64,000 nucleotides of DNA, taken from positions 23,436,001 to 23,500,000 of the forward strand of contig NC_043016.1 of assembly GCF_006345805.1 (NCBI RefSeq), given 5' to 3'. The position numbers and the translations under genes are program-made. A model generated the notes under the pieces. That model was not told the origin of the DNA. It searched no databases and was given only the letters and a program-made list of their open reading frames with translations. This stretch comes from Octopus sinensis (Eukaryota). Below are positions 26,612-41,003 of the stretch, in pieces (within the stretch, counting starts at the first letter, position 1; each line of letters begins with the position of its first letter).

Positions 26612-27844
26612 TGCATGTAGATACCTGACACTTGTACAAGTATTTCAAAGCTGATGCATTTTTGCAAAGGTATAGAATGTAGAATAGCAGAGTAGGAGAG
26701 AAAAAGAAATTGTTTTTTGTTTATTTTATATCTTAGATAAAATGTATTAGCACTGAAACATTTTGTACACCTGTCAGGTAATCATTTGTAGGCATTTTAT
26801 TCTGTCTACTTTTCCTTGTATTGAGACCTTTTTCTAAATTTTAGTATTCTCAGATGAAATTCTTAAACAAATCATAATGTATACAACCAACAAAATATTT
26901 TACACATAGACACACAGCCTTTATATATATATATATATATCATCATCATTGTTTAACGTCTGTTTTCCATACTAGCATGGATTGGACGGGTCAACTGGGG
27001 TTTGGGAAGCCAGGAGGCTGCTCAGGCTCCAGTCTGATCTGGCTGTGTTTTTATATATATATACACACACACACATACATCATATACATACACACACATA
27101 TTAATTATATATATTATACATGAGCGGGAGAGAAGTGTATTAGTAGCAAACATTGAATATAAATTGGTGAGTAGAGAAAAAAGAAAGTGTTACACAGAAC
27201 ATTATTAAAATGTAATTTTGCACGGGGGCTGCAAAATAATGTAATTGTGCATGGGATTTGTGAAATGTCAAATGAGACAGTATATCACATATACATATTA
27301 TACATTTATTAATCTAAGCATACAGTATTATATATCCATTACAGATGATCTTGCCAATCAGTTTCGGATATATAATACTGTACACTTCAATTAGTCTATT
27401 GACAAGTATATGAGTGCATATTTTTTCTGACTTAGAGATTCTCAGATGACTCCCTGTATATATGTATTAGTACACAAAATGTAAAAGCAGTAAAAAATAG
27501 GGTTAATGTCTATTAGAGTCAACGCCCTTGATATACACTCCTGACATACACTACACATGTTGCTCGCTCACTACCTTGCTTTCCCGACAGTGGTAGTTAT
27601 ATGAGCTGAAACAACTTGCTGTTAAAAATAGATGGATCTGTGCAATCTAATGTATACTTTTAGTTTACTTATATGAATATAACAAGGCAACATACAGCTG
27701 TGATAGGGAGAGAGAGTATAGATAACCAAGTTGATAGGGTACAAGAAAAGCAGTCATGTGGCTGCCAGTGCATACCTTGTAAACAACCACCACTAGATGT
27801 TGCTGTAATCAAGATACTTAACTCCCACCTGAGAGTAATCAGAA

Positions 27845-28480
27845 ACACAGGTGATGAATAAAACATTGCAGTAAGCAGAATTATTACCCTATCACTGTTG
27901 GATATAACCTGGATAAATGAAGACGAGCTCCATCAAGTTGACTTGCCATAGATATACAAAGCTTTTCTATATTTATGCTATGCCCCAGAAAGTAACAAGA
28001 CTCACTAATGTCCCAATGATTAGCAACTTGAAAATTAATCTGGTCAGCCTGGAATTTATTGGGTAACAACTTCAAAGAGATATTGAATTTATTGATATCC
28101 CTTCCAAATTCCTTGTCATTATTAACCGTTCTGAGTAGAACAATAAGGAAAGAGGGTATTGTAATGGAAGTGTTGGTGCTAAACTGCTGGTCAATCCTGA
28201 TGAAGCAGACATATGGTCAGAGGTTTTTTAGCTGTGACTCCGCTCCAGCCTCTCTGCCTTTTTTACAACTAATATAATGGTGTCTGTTCCTCAGAATTAG
28301 CTGGTTTTGTACACTCACTCATGATTCCTTCTCTCTTCCTCTCATCTAACCTCACCAGGCCATGCAATGACCACTACACCTAGTCTTTTCTCCAAAGAAC
28401 ATTAACACTCTGGAATTCCTTTCCTGTTGGCTTGCAATGGTTTAAATGGAACATTAATGACACCAACTTTACCAATCTCA
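27845..28480 (+). mobile_element. Degraded L2/Crack/Daphne-like LINE 3' portion
   Basis: Remnants of SLCLFY.YY.G.CSSEL and SF.PRT..LWNS.P motifs across frameshifts. Confidence 0.55.
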
Positions 28481-28955
28481 GACAACTAGCAGAAAGTAGG
28501 CACTGGCATTTCTTCCAGACCCAGTGAATTAAGAAAATAAATGCATGCAAAGAAAACAAATTAAGAATATGTATAAGACTACATTATCCAGTGTCCTTTA
28601 TTCAAAGTGTGATTTTAGAAAGACTTTGTTGCTATTTGTACCAGGTTATAAACAGAGGACCAAAATATAAGCAGACTATTTATTTTACTTGCTGAGGAGG
28701 CTGAAAAAGGGTACAGAGCCTATGACTTCTGAAAGCTCTCCAAGAGCAGTGAATTTGATGCCATTAATATTGTTTAATGGTCAGTACTGAAAATATTCGA
28801 TAATTACAGGTATATAGTGTGGAAAGTGTACAAGATTACCATCATACCAGTTGTTGCATGTAGTCATGAAATGAGTGAAACCATGGGTAGGGTAGACAGA
28901 GGCAACGTCATTGCAAAGACGGTCTCAAAGGAATATCTTATAGAAATAACATATC

Positions 28956-29184
28956 AGCGAGCTGGCAGAAATGTTAGCATGCCGGGCGAAATGCTTAGCA
29001 TTATTTCGTCTGCCACTACATTCTGAGTTTAAATTCCGCCAAGGTCGACTTTGCCTTTCATCCTTTCGGGGTCAATTAAATAAGTACCAGTTATGCACTG
29101 GGGTCGATATAATCGACTTAATCCATTTGTCTGTCCTTATTGGTCCCCTCTGTGTGTAGCCCCTTGTGGGCAGTAAAGAAATAT
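28956..29184 (+). mobile_element. Meta-domain SINE with 13-bp TSD
   Basis: Same family as 6749. Flanked by GAAATAACATATC (28943-28955 and 29185-29197). Confidence 0.85.
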
Positions 29185-30309
29185 GAAATAACATATCGGT
29201 TTACTTCAAATATTCTATTGCATGGTCCTTGTCCATGATTTTCAAATGAATTCTCCAGAAATTTTAATTTTATTTCAGATGCAGTGTATTGAGACATGTC
29301 AATAAGGCCAATGCAAACAAAATGATATTGAAATGTATGGTATTATTATTAACCACCAACACCAGCAAAAAAATAAGCACCGAAGTAAAACTTTACTGAA
29401 AAGAGATTGCAGGAATTGTAAGCAATAATTGAAATATTGTACATCTTTTTTATCTTTTACTTGTTTCAGTCATTGGACTGTGGTCATACTGGGGCACCAC
29501 TCAAAGAGTTTAGTCAAAACAAATTAACCCAATATTTATTTTTAAAGTCTAGTACTTATTTTGTTGGTCTCTTTACCAAAGGGCTAAGTTATGGGGCATA
29601 AATAAACCAACACTGGTTGTCAAGCACTGCTGGAGAAACAAACATATACACACATTTGAGCACACACAGATATACATGTATACAGACACACACACAACAG
29701 GCTTTAACAGTTTCCTTCTACCAAATTCATTCACAAGGTATTAGTCAATCTAAAGTTATAGCAAAAAACACTTGCCCAAGGTGCTGTACTGTAGGGTTGA
29801 ACCTGAAGCCATGTGATTGCAAAGCAAGCTTCTTAACCACAAAGCCATGAATTCATTTTTCGTTCCATTCATTTTGGAATGTAAGGTAAAAATGAAAAAG
29901 AGCCACAATTTTATTTGAATGGGTACATTCATTATGTTAAAGGCGTACGTGACCAAATTAATCCCACAGATACTCTTAGAATCTCCTGCTGGGGATCATA
30001 AAGTAAAAGATACACTAAAGGATTGATAGGAAATGTGGATTCAAAGCACACAAAAACTAAGTATCATTGCCAGCCAAAAGTTGTTACTGAAAACTAGATT
30101 GTACAAGTCACCGTGCTGCAAATAAAAATTTGTTTGTTAATAATGCACGCACCTCCATAAATTCTTCAAAGTGAAAGACATACAGGAACACACACACAAA
30201 ATACAAAAAATTAACTATACGTTATTATATATATAGTTGAAATTTACAGTAAAACAAAAGACGAAGATAGGTGTATAAACAAGCAGACAAACAGACAGAC
30301 AGATATATT

Positions 30310-30502
30310 TCACTAAAGCAACTCAGGGCACTAGTCGGCACCAGTATTGCTAGAAAAAAAGAGTCAAAACAACTCCCTCAGTGATGAAGGAGCTTGCCTC
30401 CCTTGTCAGTCATTAAGACAGTGCTTATCATGGCTATGAGTTGTCTTGACTCTTATTTCTAGCAATACTGGTGCTGACTAGCACTCTTAGTCACTTTAGT
30501 GA
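30310..30502. mobile_element. MITE-like fold-back element
   Basis: ~65-bp imperfect inverted arms TCACTAAAG...CTAGTCGGCACCAGTATTGCTAGAAA...ACAACTC; TA-rich flanks. Confidence 0.7.
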
Positions 30503-30553
30503 CATATATATTTTTGCCTTTCAGTTGAAAAATTGCTAACAAGTCACCCATAT

Positions 30554-30584
<31 letters not shown>

Positions 30585-32484
30585 GTGGTGTGTGTGTATG
30601 TGTATGTATACATACACACAGTCTTTTTTTAAGTTTGTTGCGCTGTGTTGACAGATTTGCCAACCTAAAATTCCCGCATTTTTAATAAAAACTTGTCAGT
30701 TCCTAAAGGTGACACTCTCTCACTGTATTCCTCTTTCAGCAACTACTTTTTCTCCTCCCCTTCTTCCCTCTCTCTACACAGATTTTGTTATAGACAGATA
30801 AATGGAGATCAGCTTCCCTTTTATAATAAGATTACTTCTAGTAAGATCCTATAAAATTGCTCTATACCAATGGTGTCCAGCTGTGATATTGGGACACCCT
30901 AAAGTATCATAGAGAGTAAGTTAAAGGTATCACAAGCTTTTAAATTTAAAAGTATAAGTACTGTGTACTTTTGGCATATGGAGATGATATTACAAGGTAA
31001 TAAAAACATTTAGAAACCATTTGCTATATACAAACTGTTATGTAATTGAGATCAAACTCTGACCATATCTATTGTCATACCAGATAATAACAGAGTTGTA
31101 TGATTGTTATTTATCTATAAAAAACTGACACAGAAAACTGATAGGATCATCATAAAAGAAAATTTGAAGTATGATTTAGTAATAAAGTAATAAATTAGAT
31201 CAGTCATTACAACATCAGATACAATGTTTTGCAGTATTCATGTATTCATTCCAGCTTACTGCTCTTCAAACTCAAATAACACCAAGGTCAACTTTGCCTT
31301 TCATCTTCACATTGTTCATAAAGTAACAGCCCATTGTTGTCTGCTATTTATAGCAGCTCAAACAACCATGCAGAGGCTCTCTAAATGAAAGTGTAGGACT
31401 TTCTTTCTCTCACCTTTCTGAAAGAATTTTGCCTCTATGTTGCTAGATCTGGAAAGGGACAGGCTCCACCAGGTTTAAGAAAAGGGCCTAAGACATGCTG
31501 ACATTTTTATGACAATGTCCCTATGACTTCCTGAGGAGTTAAGTGCCCAAGGTAAAGCATGTTATACTGTATGATAGTGGAGTTGTAAATATGGACATCT
31601 AATTTTAGAATCTCAGATGTTGTCAACTGATAGCATTTCAAGTTCAAAAAGATTAATTCTGACTGGTCAAACTTTGGGAAGATCAAAGAACAACACTGAC
31701 CTCTCCCTTGAATCATGAAAACTTTTCTTTAAGAAAAAAAAAATATCAAGCTACAGAAACTTATGTTGAAAAAGCTTTGCAAATGGTATACTCCCCAAAT
31801 TAATGGGAATCTAGATAGATGCTATCATCATCATCATCATCGTTTAACATCCGTTCTCCATGCTAGCATGGGTTAGACGGTTCGACCGGGGATCTGGGAA
31901 GCCAGAAGGCTGCACCAGGCTCCAGTCTTATCTGGCAGTGTTTCTACAGCTGGATGCCCTTCCTAACGCCAACCACTCCGTGAGTGTAGTGGGTGCTTTT
32001 TACATGCCACCTGCACAGGTGCCAGGTGAGGTTGGCAACGGCCACGGTCGGATTGGTGTATTTTATGTGCCACCGGCACGAAAGCCAGTCGAGGCGGCGC
32101 TAGCATCAGCCATGAGTCGGATAGTGCTTTTTACGTACCACCAGACCAGGGATCCTGGCTGGTTCAATTCGATTTCGATTTCGCTTGCCCCAACATGTCT
32201 TCGCAAGCAAAGGGGGTTGGCATGGGTGCCTGTCATCCGGTTGGATTGGTGTATTTTACGTGCCCCCAGCACGGAAGCCAGTGGATGCGGCGCTGGCATC
32301 AGCCACGAGTCGGATAGTGCTATCTCGGATTTAACAATATGCAAGAATTGTACAAAAAATAATACCAAAGTGGGCATAGCATTTAAATTAACTGACATAG
32401 AGCATTCAAACTGCATTCATTGGTAGATTAACTCTTCTTCCTATTCTTCTTCACTGCTGGTAAATAAATAATAGGTTCCAAGCA

Positions 32485-33345
32485 ATGCACCGTCATAAGA
32501 GTTTTTGACAAAAGAGGAGTTCAGGCTGCCTAACTTCCAAAGAAGGCTACATACTCTGTTTACAAGGATGACACCATTGATAAGAGCAATGTGCATAGAA
32601 GGATGAAACCAATATTGAAGACAAACCTTGCAGTGGGAAGAACATCAACTGTGTTGACATGAATTGCCAGCAAGTGGATGAAATGATTTAGACAGGAAGA
32701 TAGATAGATAATCACAATCCATGTGCTTGTTATAGAACTGGATTCTAGTAAAAGTGCATTAAAGAAAATAACAGGAGACTCTGGGTATCAGAAAGAGTGT
32801 GCAAAGTGAGTACCTTGGCAGCTGATACACAATTTGAAGGAAAGAAGAGTGGAAATCTACTCTGATCTGCTGAAAGAATTTGAAACTAATGAAAATGCTA
32901 TTTTCTTCTGGTCTGGTGATAGGGATGACACATAGGTGTACCTTTACAATCTGGAGATGAAAGGTCAGGCCACGGAATGGCATTACATCTCTCCTTCAAA
33001 GCTGAAGAAACTCATGAGCCAGCAATTGAAACAGAAACTCATGGTGACTGTTTTAGGGGATCACAAAGACATCGTTCTCCTTTATTTTCTGGAGTGTGGC
33101 TGTACTATGAACAGTTAGCAGCTTACTGAGAGACAATCAAAAAGCTTAGAGAGCCATTAGGAGAAAGAGAACAAACAAGAATCTGAAAATAATCCAAATT
33201 CACCATGACAATGCATGACCTCACACAGCTTTGACAACAAACCATGCTGTGGACAAACTAAGCTGGTCAGTGATTCACCATCCACTGCATTGCTAGGATT
33301 TGGCCCCCACCAACTTATACCTGTTCAGCCCAATGAAGAATTATA
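32485..33345 (+). mobile_element. Degraded mariner transposase
   Basis: GD(E)T*VYLYNLEMKGQATEWH, KLMVTV, HHDNA(R)PHTA and HP...DLAP..LYLFSPMK motifs, with stops and frameshifts. Confidence 0.85.
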
Positions 33346-35639
33346 ATAATAATCCTTCATTATAATAATGTTCTATTCATCATTCCTTTTTTTTTTATTT
33401 AATGCCATATAAAAAGTGCCCAGACCACTCTGTAAAGCCTCCAGCCATAAAAAAAAACATGCCAAAACAGACCTCACTAGTGCTGATGTCACATAAAAAG
33501 CACTCAAGTCCACTCTGTAAGGCAGTTGGTTTTAGGAAGGGCATCCAGCTATAAAAACTATGCCAAAACAGACAATGAAGCCTGGTGCAGTCTTCTGGCT
33601 TGCCAGCTCCTGTCAAACCATCCAACCCATGCCAGCACGGGAAATGGACATTAAATGATAATTATAATTGTTACTGATCACCTCTCTCTCTCTCTCTCTC
33701 TCTCATGTATGTGTGTGTTTGTGCATGTATGTATGCATATAGGATTCTAGAGTTAAACAATGGCACAAATGCATCGCTCTTAATATAGCTTATGTTGAAT
33801 AGTATTTTTGTAAAGTAGAAGAGTTACTCTCCTAACATGAGCAATTTGAATGCTGTGTCAATGAAAAAGTTATGCCCACTCTTGCGTACAACCCTGTACA
33901 GTTTTTACTAAACCAGATTCATATGAAAGTGATATATGTTTGTACAAGCTGTTCATGTGACAGAAACACAGAGACCAGACTTTATTATAACAGAAAAATC
34001 GAAGTATGTTATACAATAAAGTTGATAGATCCTGTGATATTTCTCAGTAACTGACCATATAATAGAGGCACAGAGACCAGATATGAATATAAGAATAAAA
34101 TCAAAGTATGTTATACATTTTGTTATGGAATATGAAAGGCTTGCAATATCACATAGTATTTCTCTTTAAACACTGACCATGTAATAGAGAAACAGACCAT
34201 TGAAAATATAAGTAGAGCTGTAAGACTGCATGGTGTATGCTTGTAAAAACCACACACATACAGACTAGTTATGATCAGAAAGGGAAAACTGAACTGTTTT
34301 ATATTTTGTTATGCTATTCAATAACAGGGTTGTAAGATCTCACAGCATTTCTCTAATAACTAACTACATCATAGTGAAAAAAAACAGAGAGCAGTCATGA
34401 AATATAATTGCTAAATTAGTGCTAACATAGCATATTTAATGCAGGGAACACAGATAGAAAGTTAACTAGGAACAATTATGTAGTGATGAAAGACAAAAGA
34501 AAAAAAATATTAAACCTTGCTTATTACTATTCAAGTGTTTCAGTAAAAATACAGGAAACAACTCCAGACATATTTCAATTTTATTAGAGGGCCTAGGAAA
34601 ACAGAGACATCACTGTATTTACCAAATTACTTATGAGAGAATCACTAAGACACAAGGCTGTACATTGGTTGGTGAAGAAAAACAGAAATATTCAGAGATT
34701 ACATAACTATTTCACGCTGTCCACATGGGAAAAAACAATGCAACAGTTATGTTAGTGTTAATATATCTCATGAAAATCCTGTATAGACAGACCACGTAAC
34801 AAAGGTCCAGAGATTAGATACAATTGTATAAGTAATCACAATCAACACTTGACATCCACATTTCTATACCGAGAAGGGTTGGGCAAATTTTTTGAGACAC
34901 TGTTTTACAGCTGTATGCCCTTCCTGTCACAAATTTTTTTGAATACCTTTTACAGCATGTAGGGTTATAGTGTACCTATTCTAAAACCATTATACACACA
35001 CAAAGAACTAAAGTAGATTATATCCAAATTTACTACTGAATGGGCCTAGAGGTTGAGAAACCTTGGAAATCTAATAATGCTTCCTTATTAAGGCACATGG
35101 CTAGTAATTATAAGGGAAGGGCAAACAAAGCCCTCCCCTTATAATTATCCACAATACTTGACTGGTACTTTATTTTTATCAGTCCCTAAAGGATGAAAGG
35201 CAAAGCTGACCTGAAAGGGAGTTAAAAGCAGAACACAAAGAGCCAGAAGAGACACTGCATAGCATTTTATCCAACACTTTAATGATCCTTCCAGTTCACC
35301 ATTTATGAAAATCTAATAAAAACAATGAAGTTTATTGTATACAGTGCACAGATGCACTACAATTTGTCAGAAAGGAGTAAAAGAGGGAACAAAACGCAAC
35401 AGTAAGTCAAGTAAAGAAACACAGTGATGAAAGCCAAAAGTGTACACAAAATAAAATACAAAAAAGCAAGTAATAAAAGAATCATAAAGAGAAAAGCCAG
35501 GAATAAGTATGTCAAGAATAGTGTTGACAAATTTTGAGAATCATGGAATTTTTTAAGGATACAGTGTTCTGGCAGTTAACAACTGATGCAGTTAATTTAT
35601 CCCATGCTCTGACAATTGTCCAACCCCAAGAAGATGCTG

Positions 35640-35745
35640 GATGTAACCATATAACGGTAGTAAAGTAAGAAATGGTGGAAGTAATGTAAGAAACAAGAAA
35701 AGCCGAAAAATATTTGGACTTGATAAAAGAACTGAGTAGACTGAG
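35640..35745 (+). mobile_element. Small RLE-type (R4/Dong-like) retroelement C-terminal remnant
   Basis: LDVTI...KAEKYLDLIKELSRL resembles the D-x13-K..KY.DL..EL region of restriction-like endonucleases. Confidence 0.35.
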
Positions 35746-36623
35746 TTTTTTACTACAGCCTCAGGATGTGAATTTGGTGAGTGAATTTGGTAGAGAGAAA
35801 CTGAAAGAACTTCATCATACACACATTAAAATGTATGTCTATGGGTGGCTACGTCTCCTTGTCTTGGTCGTAAACGAGCGTCACCATTATACATGCGGTG
35901 TTGTTCATTTCTAATCTTTTGCGTAAACATGACTAACCAGGGGGAAATATTACCATGTTTGGAAACAGATGAGGGTATACAAGAGTCGATGGTATCGACT
36001 ACCCCCACCCCATCCCTTTAAAATTGCTAACCTTCTGTCTTAAGTACGCAACTGTGATTCAGATATATCCTTTTGTGTTCTGCGGACAAGTCTTGCTGTG
36101 GACAACTTCACCTATTTTCGTCTTTTGGTGTTCGATAAAAAAAATTAAAATACTCGTCAAGGTTTAAACAGTCCACCACCACCTCCACCGCAAAAAAAAA
36201 AGGGTCTCTTTATGCTGAAAATAACGTATAAGGTTCAGCGGGAAATTCTTGTTGCTAATGATAGCACAATGCAACAAATTTTGACGAAGTACATAATTTA
36301 GTCTTAGTCTTCTTTTAGATAATTCCATTCACATCTAGGATGCTTTATAGGAATATTAAATATCGCCTCCTGTTCTTTGACAGTTGATTTATTTTATCAT
36401 GCCAGAAGGAAGGATGAAAGGTGAAATTGTTTCCCCAGCGGCATATGAAATTAAAATGGAAAGAAACGCAACAAGGCAATCTCATCTGTCGCTTTAGCGA
36501 CAGAGCCACGAAATGAAATGTCACTAACCGGGAAACAAAACCAAGTCGCAAGTGGAGTTCACAGGAAGTTTGAACAGTTGTTTTAATAAACACAGAATGT
36601 TAGAGTCATACAGAATTTTAAGA

Positions 36624-37294
36624 GGATTGTGGTCTCTATACAAATGTTATGCTTAGTGCTATCAGTTGGGGACCAAACATTTTTATGAATCTGCTTTATG
36701 TAATTACATAAAACAATGGAGTGGTAAGAGGTAGTATGTATCATGAGCGATCTTTCGTCTCTAGTAGACCTTTCCGTCGATTTCCGTAAAAAAATATTTT
36801 TTTTTTTTACATAAGGGCTTGCGGGAACTTTTGAAGTAATATACATACATACATATACACATACACCGAGTAAAAAATTTCAGTTATCTCTTTCTTTCAC
36901 ACATTACTCTGTCTCTTCACACACACTAACAGAAGCACTTCACTTACACAACATAGTGTCTGTCTCCCACACCTCATCAAACACACACACATGTACATCA
37001 ATGCTTCACATGCATGGTAACTTCAAAAGAACTTCCCTCATCATACAATTGCTTTCTCTTAGTCTCTTTCGCTCTCATTACTTCAAAAGTTCCCGCAAGC
37101 CCATATGTAAAAAAAAAAAAAAATTACGGAAATCGACGGAAAGGTCTACTAGAGACGAAAGATTGCCGGATTGTGGTCTCTATACAAATGTTATGCTTAG
37201 TGCTATCAGTTGGGGGGGGGGCAAACATTTTTTATGAATCTGCTTTATGTAATTACATAAAACAATGGAGTGGTAAGAGGTAGTATGTATCATG
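36624..37294. repeat. A-B(inverted)-X-B-A local rearrangement
   Basis: A: 36624-36745 and 37168-37294 (direct). B: 36747-36840 and 37077-37166 (inverted). Copies are near-identical. Confidence 0.9.
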
Positions 37295-38214
37295 TGTTGA
37301 AACAGTATTTGTATTCATATTCTTCACACTTCACACAGCACGAAATCTAATTGCAATTAAAACGGACATAGGAATTAATTAACAGACGTTATCGTTAAGA
37401 AGGTAGCGCATGCGAATCCAAAAACCTTGTTTTCGACTAGGCGACAGTGCAAAAATACTTAAGACAAATTAACCAGCAAACTAATATTTAAAAAAAAAAT
37501 CCCGAAGTTTCTGACATATGAATGACTGATTCTAGAAATCGTTCGAAGAATAAAACACTGGAATTAACTTACCGAATAAATTAGTAAAGAAATATATGCA
37601 AAGACCTCAAAATATTTTCTCCCTTTTTTTTCTCTCTGGTCTTTCAAATGAAACCACATTAAAAAAATAATTCAAAAAGTGTATATTTAATTGTTATTGT
37701 TCACGATATTGCAGTTGTATTTCTCTGATGAATCCAAATATCATATAATTTGAAGACTTAAAAGAAGAGTTAACGGTTTATCGTATAGAAACGGTGAAAT
37801 ACGAATAAAAAACGCCTCCACCGTTGAAGTGACGTAACAAAGGTTCATCTGACATTTGACCTTAAACCGTTTTAATAACTCAACTTTGCTTTCTGGTTCT
37901 TTGTTTACCGTTCATTACAGTTAATTGATTTTTATTATTTTTATATCATGGTTTTATTTCTTCGCTTTACTCTATTACATAAGCTGCAATGTGTTGTCGG
38001 AAGGGTAAAAATGAAAATATTTTCATTGCCTGTGAGATAGATGTATCAACAATAAAAGACCTTAAGTTGTTGGATGATATACGAAGGTTAATAAACAAGG
38101 GGAAAATATGGAATAAAATTATATTGATTTTTATAACAGAAAACATTACTTCATATGTGTATATATATATATATAAAAAAAAAAGCATATTCAGTTGTTT
38201 ACCGATACTCACAA

Positions 38215-38520
38215 AAATGCTGTAAAAATGAATCCAGAAACGTTTCTACGAAGATAACATGAAAGGCGAAACTAGGATTAGCATCGTGGTAACATTTTCT
38301 GTTGCCTTGGTCGAAAGAAACTCTTTTGAGTTTCGTAATAAAACAAGATGAAAAATATAAAACTTGGGCGTCCCCAGCTAATGATTCTGTTCTAAAGAAG
38401 AAAAAGAAACATCTCAATAACGAGAAAATACCCGCTTACCGATTCAAATTGATGGAGATACTGTTAATGGCTCAAATATATGTGTTGAAGTCAACTTCTT
38501 ACATGACAAAACAATAAAAA
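38215..38520 (+). mobile_element. Possible pogo/Tigger N-terminal (CENP-B-type HTH) remnant
   Basis: SKETLLSFVIKQDEKYKTWASPANDSV...EILLMAQ; weak similarity only. Confidence 0.3.
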
Positions 38521-41003
38521 ATTGCAAGGTTCTTAGTTTTCTTTTATCTATTGTTTAGTTTTTTGTTATCTTTCTCTGAAACATAGTATCTTTAACTACA
38601 TTTAAAACAAAAATTAAAGAACTTTTTTTTTCTTTAATAACTTGCGAAATGGAAGGGTCTATTAATTTATACACAGCATTTCCTGGATGAGGTAATTTGA
38701 ACCCTGTTAAGTTGTATGCAGAAACGTTGAAGAACTTCGCTGATAATTTTTCACCGATTTCAAAATGTCCTCTGTATTATAGTGTTCTCATACAATATGT
38801 ATAAAAATATAAAATATACACACGTCAATATATATAAGTATGTATTGTAGGTATATAAAGTGGTGAAAATATTCAAAAAGCCCTTTCACTGGCAGGCGCC
38901 ATTTTTGTTTCAAAGTGATGTAAAACGGATGAATGACGTAACTGTTAAAAATGACTGAAGTTGAGATTCAATGATTCTAATTTGAGAATACTATATTGCT
39001 ACGAAATCACTCATTTATGTTCTCTGATAAAATAATTAAATAATTTCTTTTATACTATCACCCCAAACTGTGGTGCTGTTCATATTTCTAAGTAGAAATA
39101 AGTTTAAAATATATTTAAGTATATTCTACATGGGGTCCGGTCAAAAGACCCCTCGGACAAATGCCCTACAGTTATATTTTTCGGTTATTGTTTTCGTTTT
39201 TAGAATTTTTAGTTGAATATATCGACTCCAGAATTTTCTTTTACTAGTTGTGGCCGGTCATGCTGAAGCACCACCTTGAAGAATTTTTTGGTAGCTGTAT
39301 GGAACCCAGAATTATTTTAAGCTTGATCAAAACCACTTCTGTGATATAATTCATTTTTGCACCGCCTTGAAGAATTTTTAGTCAAATGTATTGATTCCAG
39401 AATCTCTTTTAGGTGATTTTCACCCAGCATATAAAGTTAAGCCTAGAAGGTCTCTCCACATGTTTGAAATAATAGCCAAATCTTACAATTTTTTTTTTTT
39501 TATAATTTCTTGTAAACAATGGAAATAGTTAGTGGTTGTAAAAAGAAAATTATTTTCCAAAATTCCAATTTTTAAGTAAACAAAATATATTCAATCAAAA
39601 AACGTTGTCAAAACATCTATGTCCCACACAATGGTAATTTCCGTGTACTTCAATTATTTTCCTCGTTTTTAGAATAATTTTGACGTTTGAAAATGAAAAT
39701 AAATCAACCTTAATATCAATAATAGAATAACAGAACACAAGACTCTTTACTACTCAATGTACATATTGTCTGAATTCTAACATTTACTTCAAGAACTATG
39801 TAGAAAGATAAAAATGATAAGAATAACCAATATTATACAAACATGAAATGAAAGTAAATATTACACATATTTCTGACATGTTTTTTCTTCACAAAAACTA
39901 GAATTTGTCATTTTTAAGGGGAAACACCCATCTCCCTATTTAGGCAAACAATGAGAAGAACATTTGAATGACTAGCCTTCTGTTAGACCATCAATGGCCA
40001 CAGAAAGTTCAAAAGGTCAACTTAGTCTCATTAATCTGTAAGAGCTGAGAGAAGAAAACAAAAGACTTTAAATATATATTTTAAAATGATGATTTTTCTG
40101 CAAACAAAAATTCTTCAAGTAGTTGCCCCATAATGGCAGCAGTCCAACGACTAAAACAAGTAAAAGTTTTTCAGAAAATAAAAAAAACCGAGGGTTATAA
40201 AAAAATTTCAAGAGATGTTGGTTGTTATTTCTAGCATGTGGAAATAGCTTCTAGGCTTAATTTCATGTGCTGGTTGAGAATCATTTAAAAAAAAACTTCA
40301 AGGTGGTGCCCCAGCATGGCCGCAGTCTAAAAACTGTAACAAGTAAATGGTGAAAAAAATGAAAAACTAATCAAAAAATATAACTATGGGGCTTTTGTCC
40401 ACTTTCACACTTTAACTATGGGGCTTTTGTCCTACACTCATAATACATACATAGTTTTTGTTTTAAAATACATATTGGGATACATCATGATATATCTATA
40501 TATATATATATGAGAGTTTGTGTGTGTGTATGTGTGTCTGTCTGGGTGTGCACACACGAATGTTCCTTGTACATTCGAAAACTGAGTTGCCAATTTTGAT
40601 GATTGGGGTATCAAAAGATCCATGAGGTGTTGGAAGAGGCATTGAGTGTTCCTTTTAAGAAAAATTAAATTTTTAAATAAAAAAATATTTCCAAGATTTG
40701 TAATTTCTGTATTTTCCTACATGGATAAAAAAAAATTCACAAAAGTTACAAATTAAGAAATTGCGGAGGGGATGGGGGGAAATAAAATTTTTCAAAACAT
40801 GATTTCTGGGCAAAATCATATTAACCCCCTTTTATACGATGAAACAATACATAGTTTGTGATCCTTCTTAAGAACAGGAAGCACTTTCATGCAAACTGTA
40901 CCTTCCCCCTTTCAAACAAACAATAACTTCCATTACACCAGTAATTCAGTTCACTATATATCAGCTGTACTGATTCTGCCAATAAGAAAAAATAAAAAAT
41001 ATA

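Noticed and set aside
33960-34410. Degenerate ~110-bp tandem repeat
   Set aside because: An old, ordinary local duplication with no informative structure.
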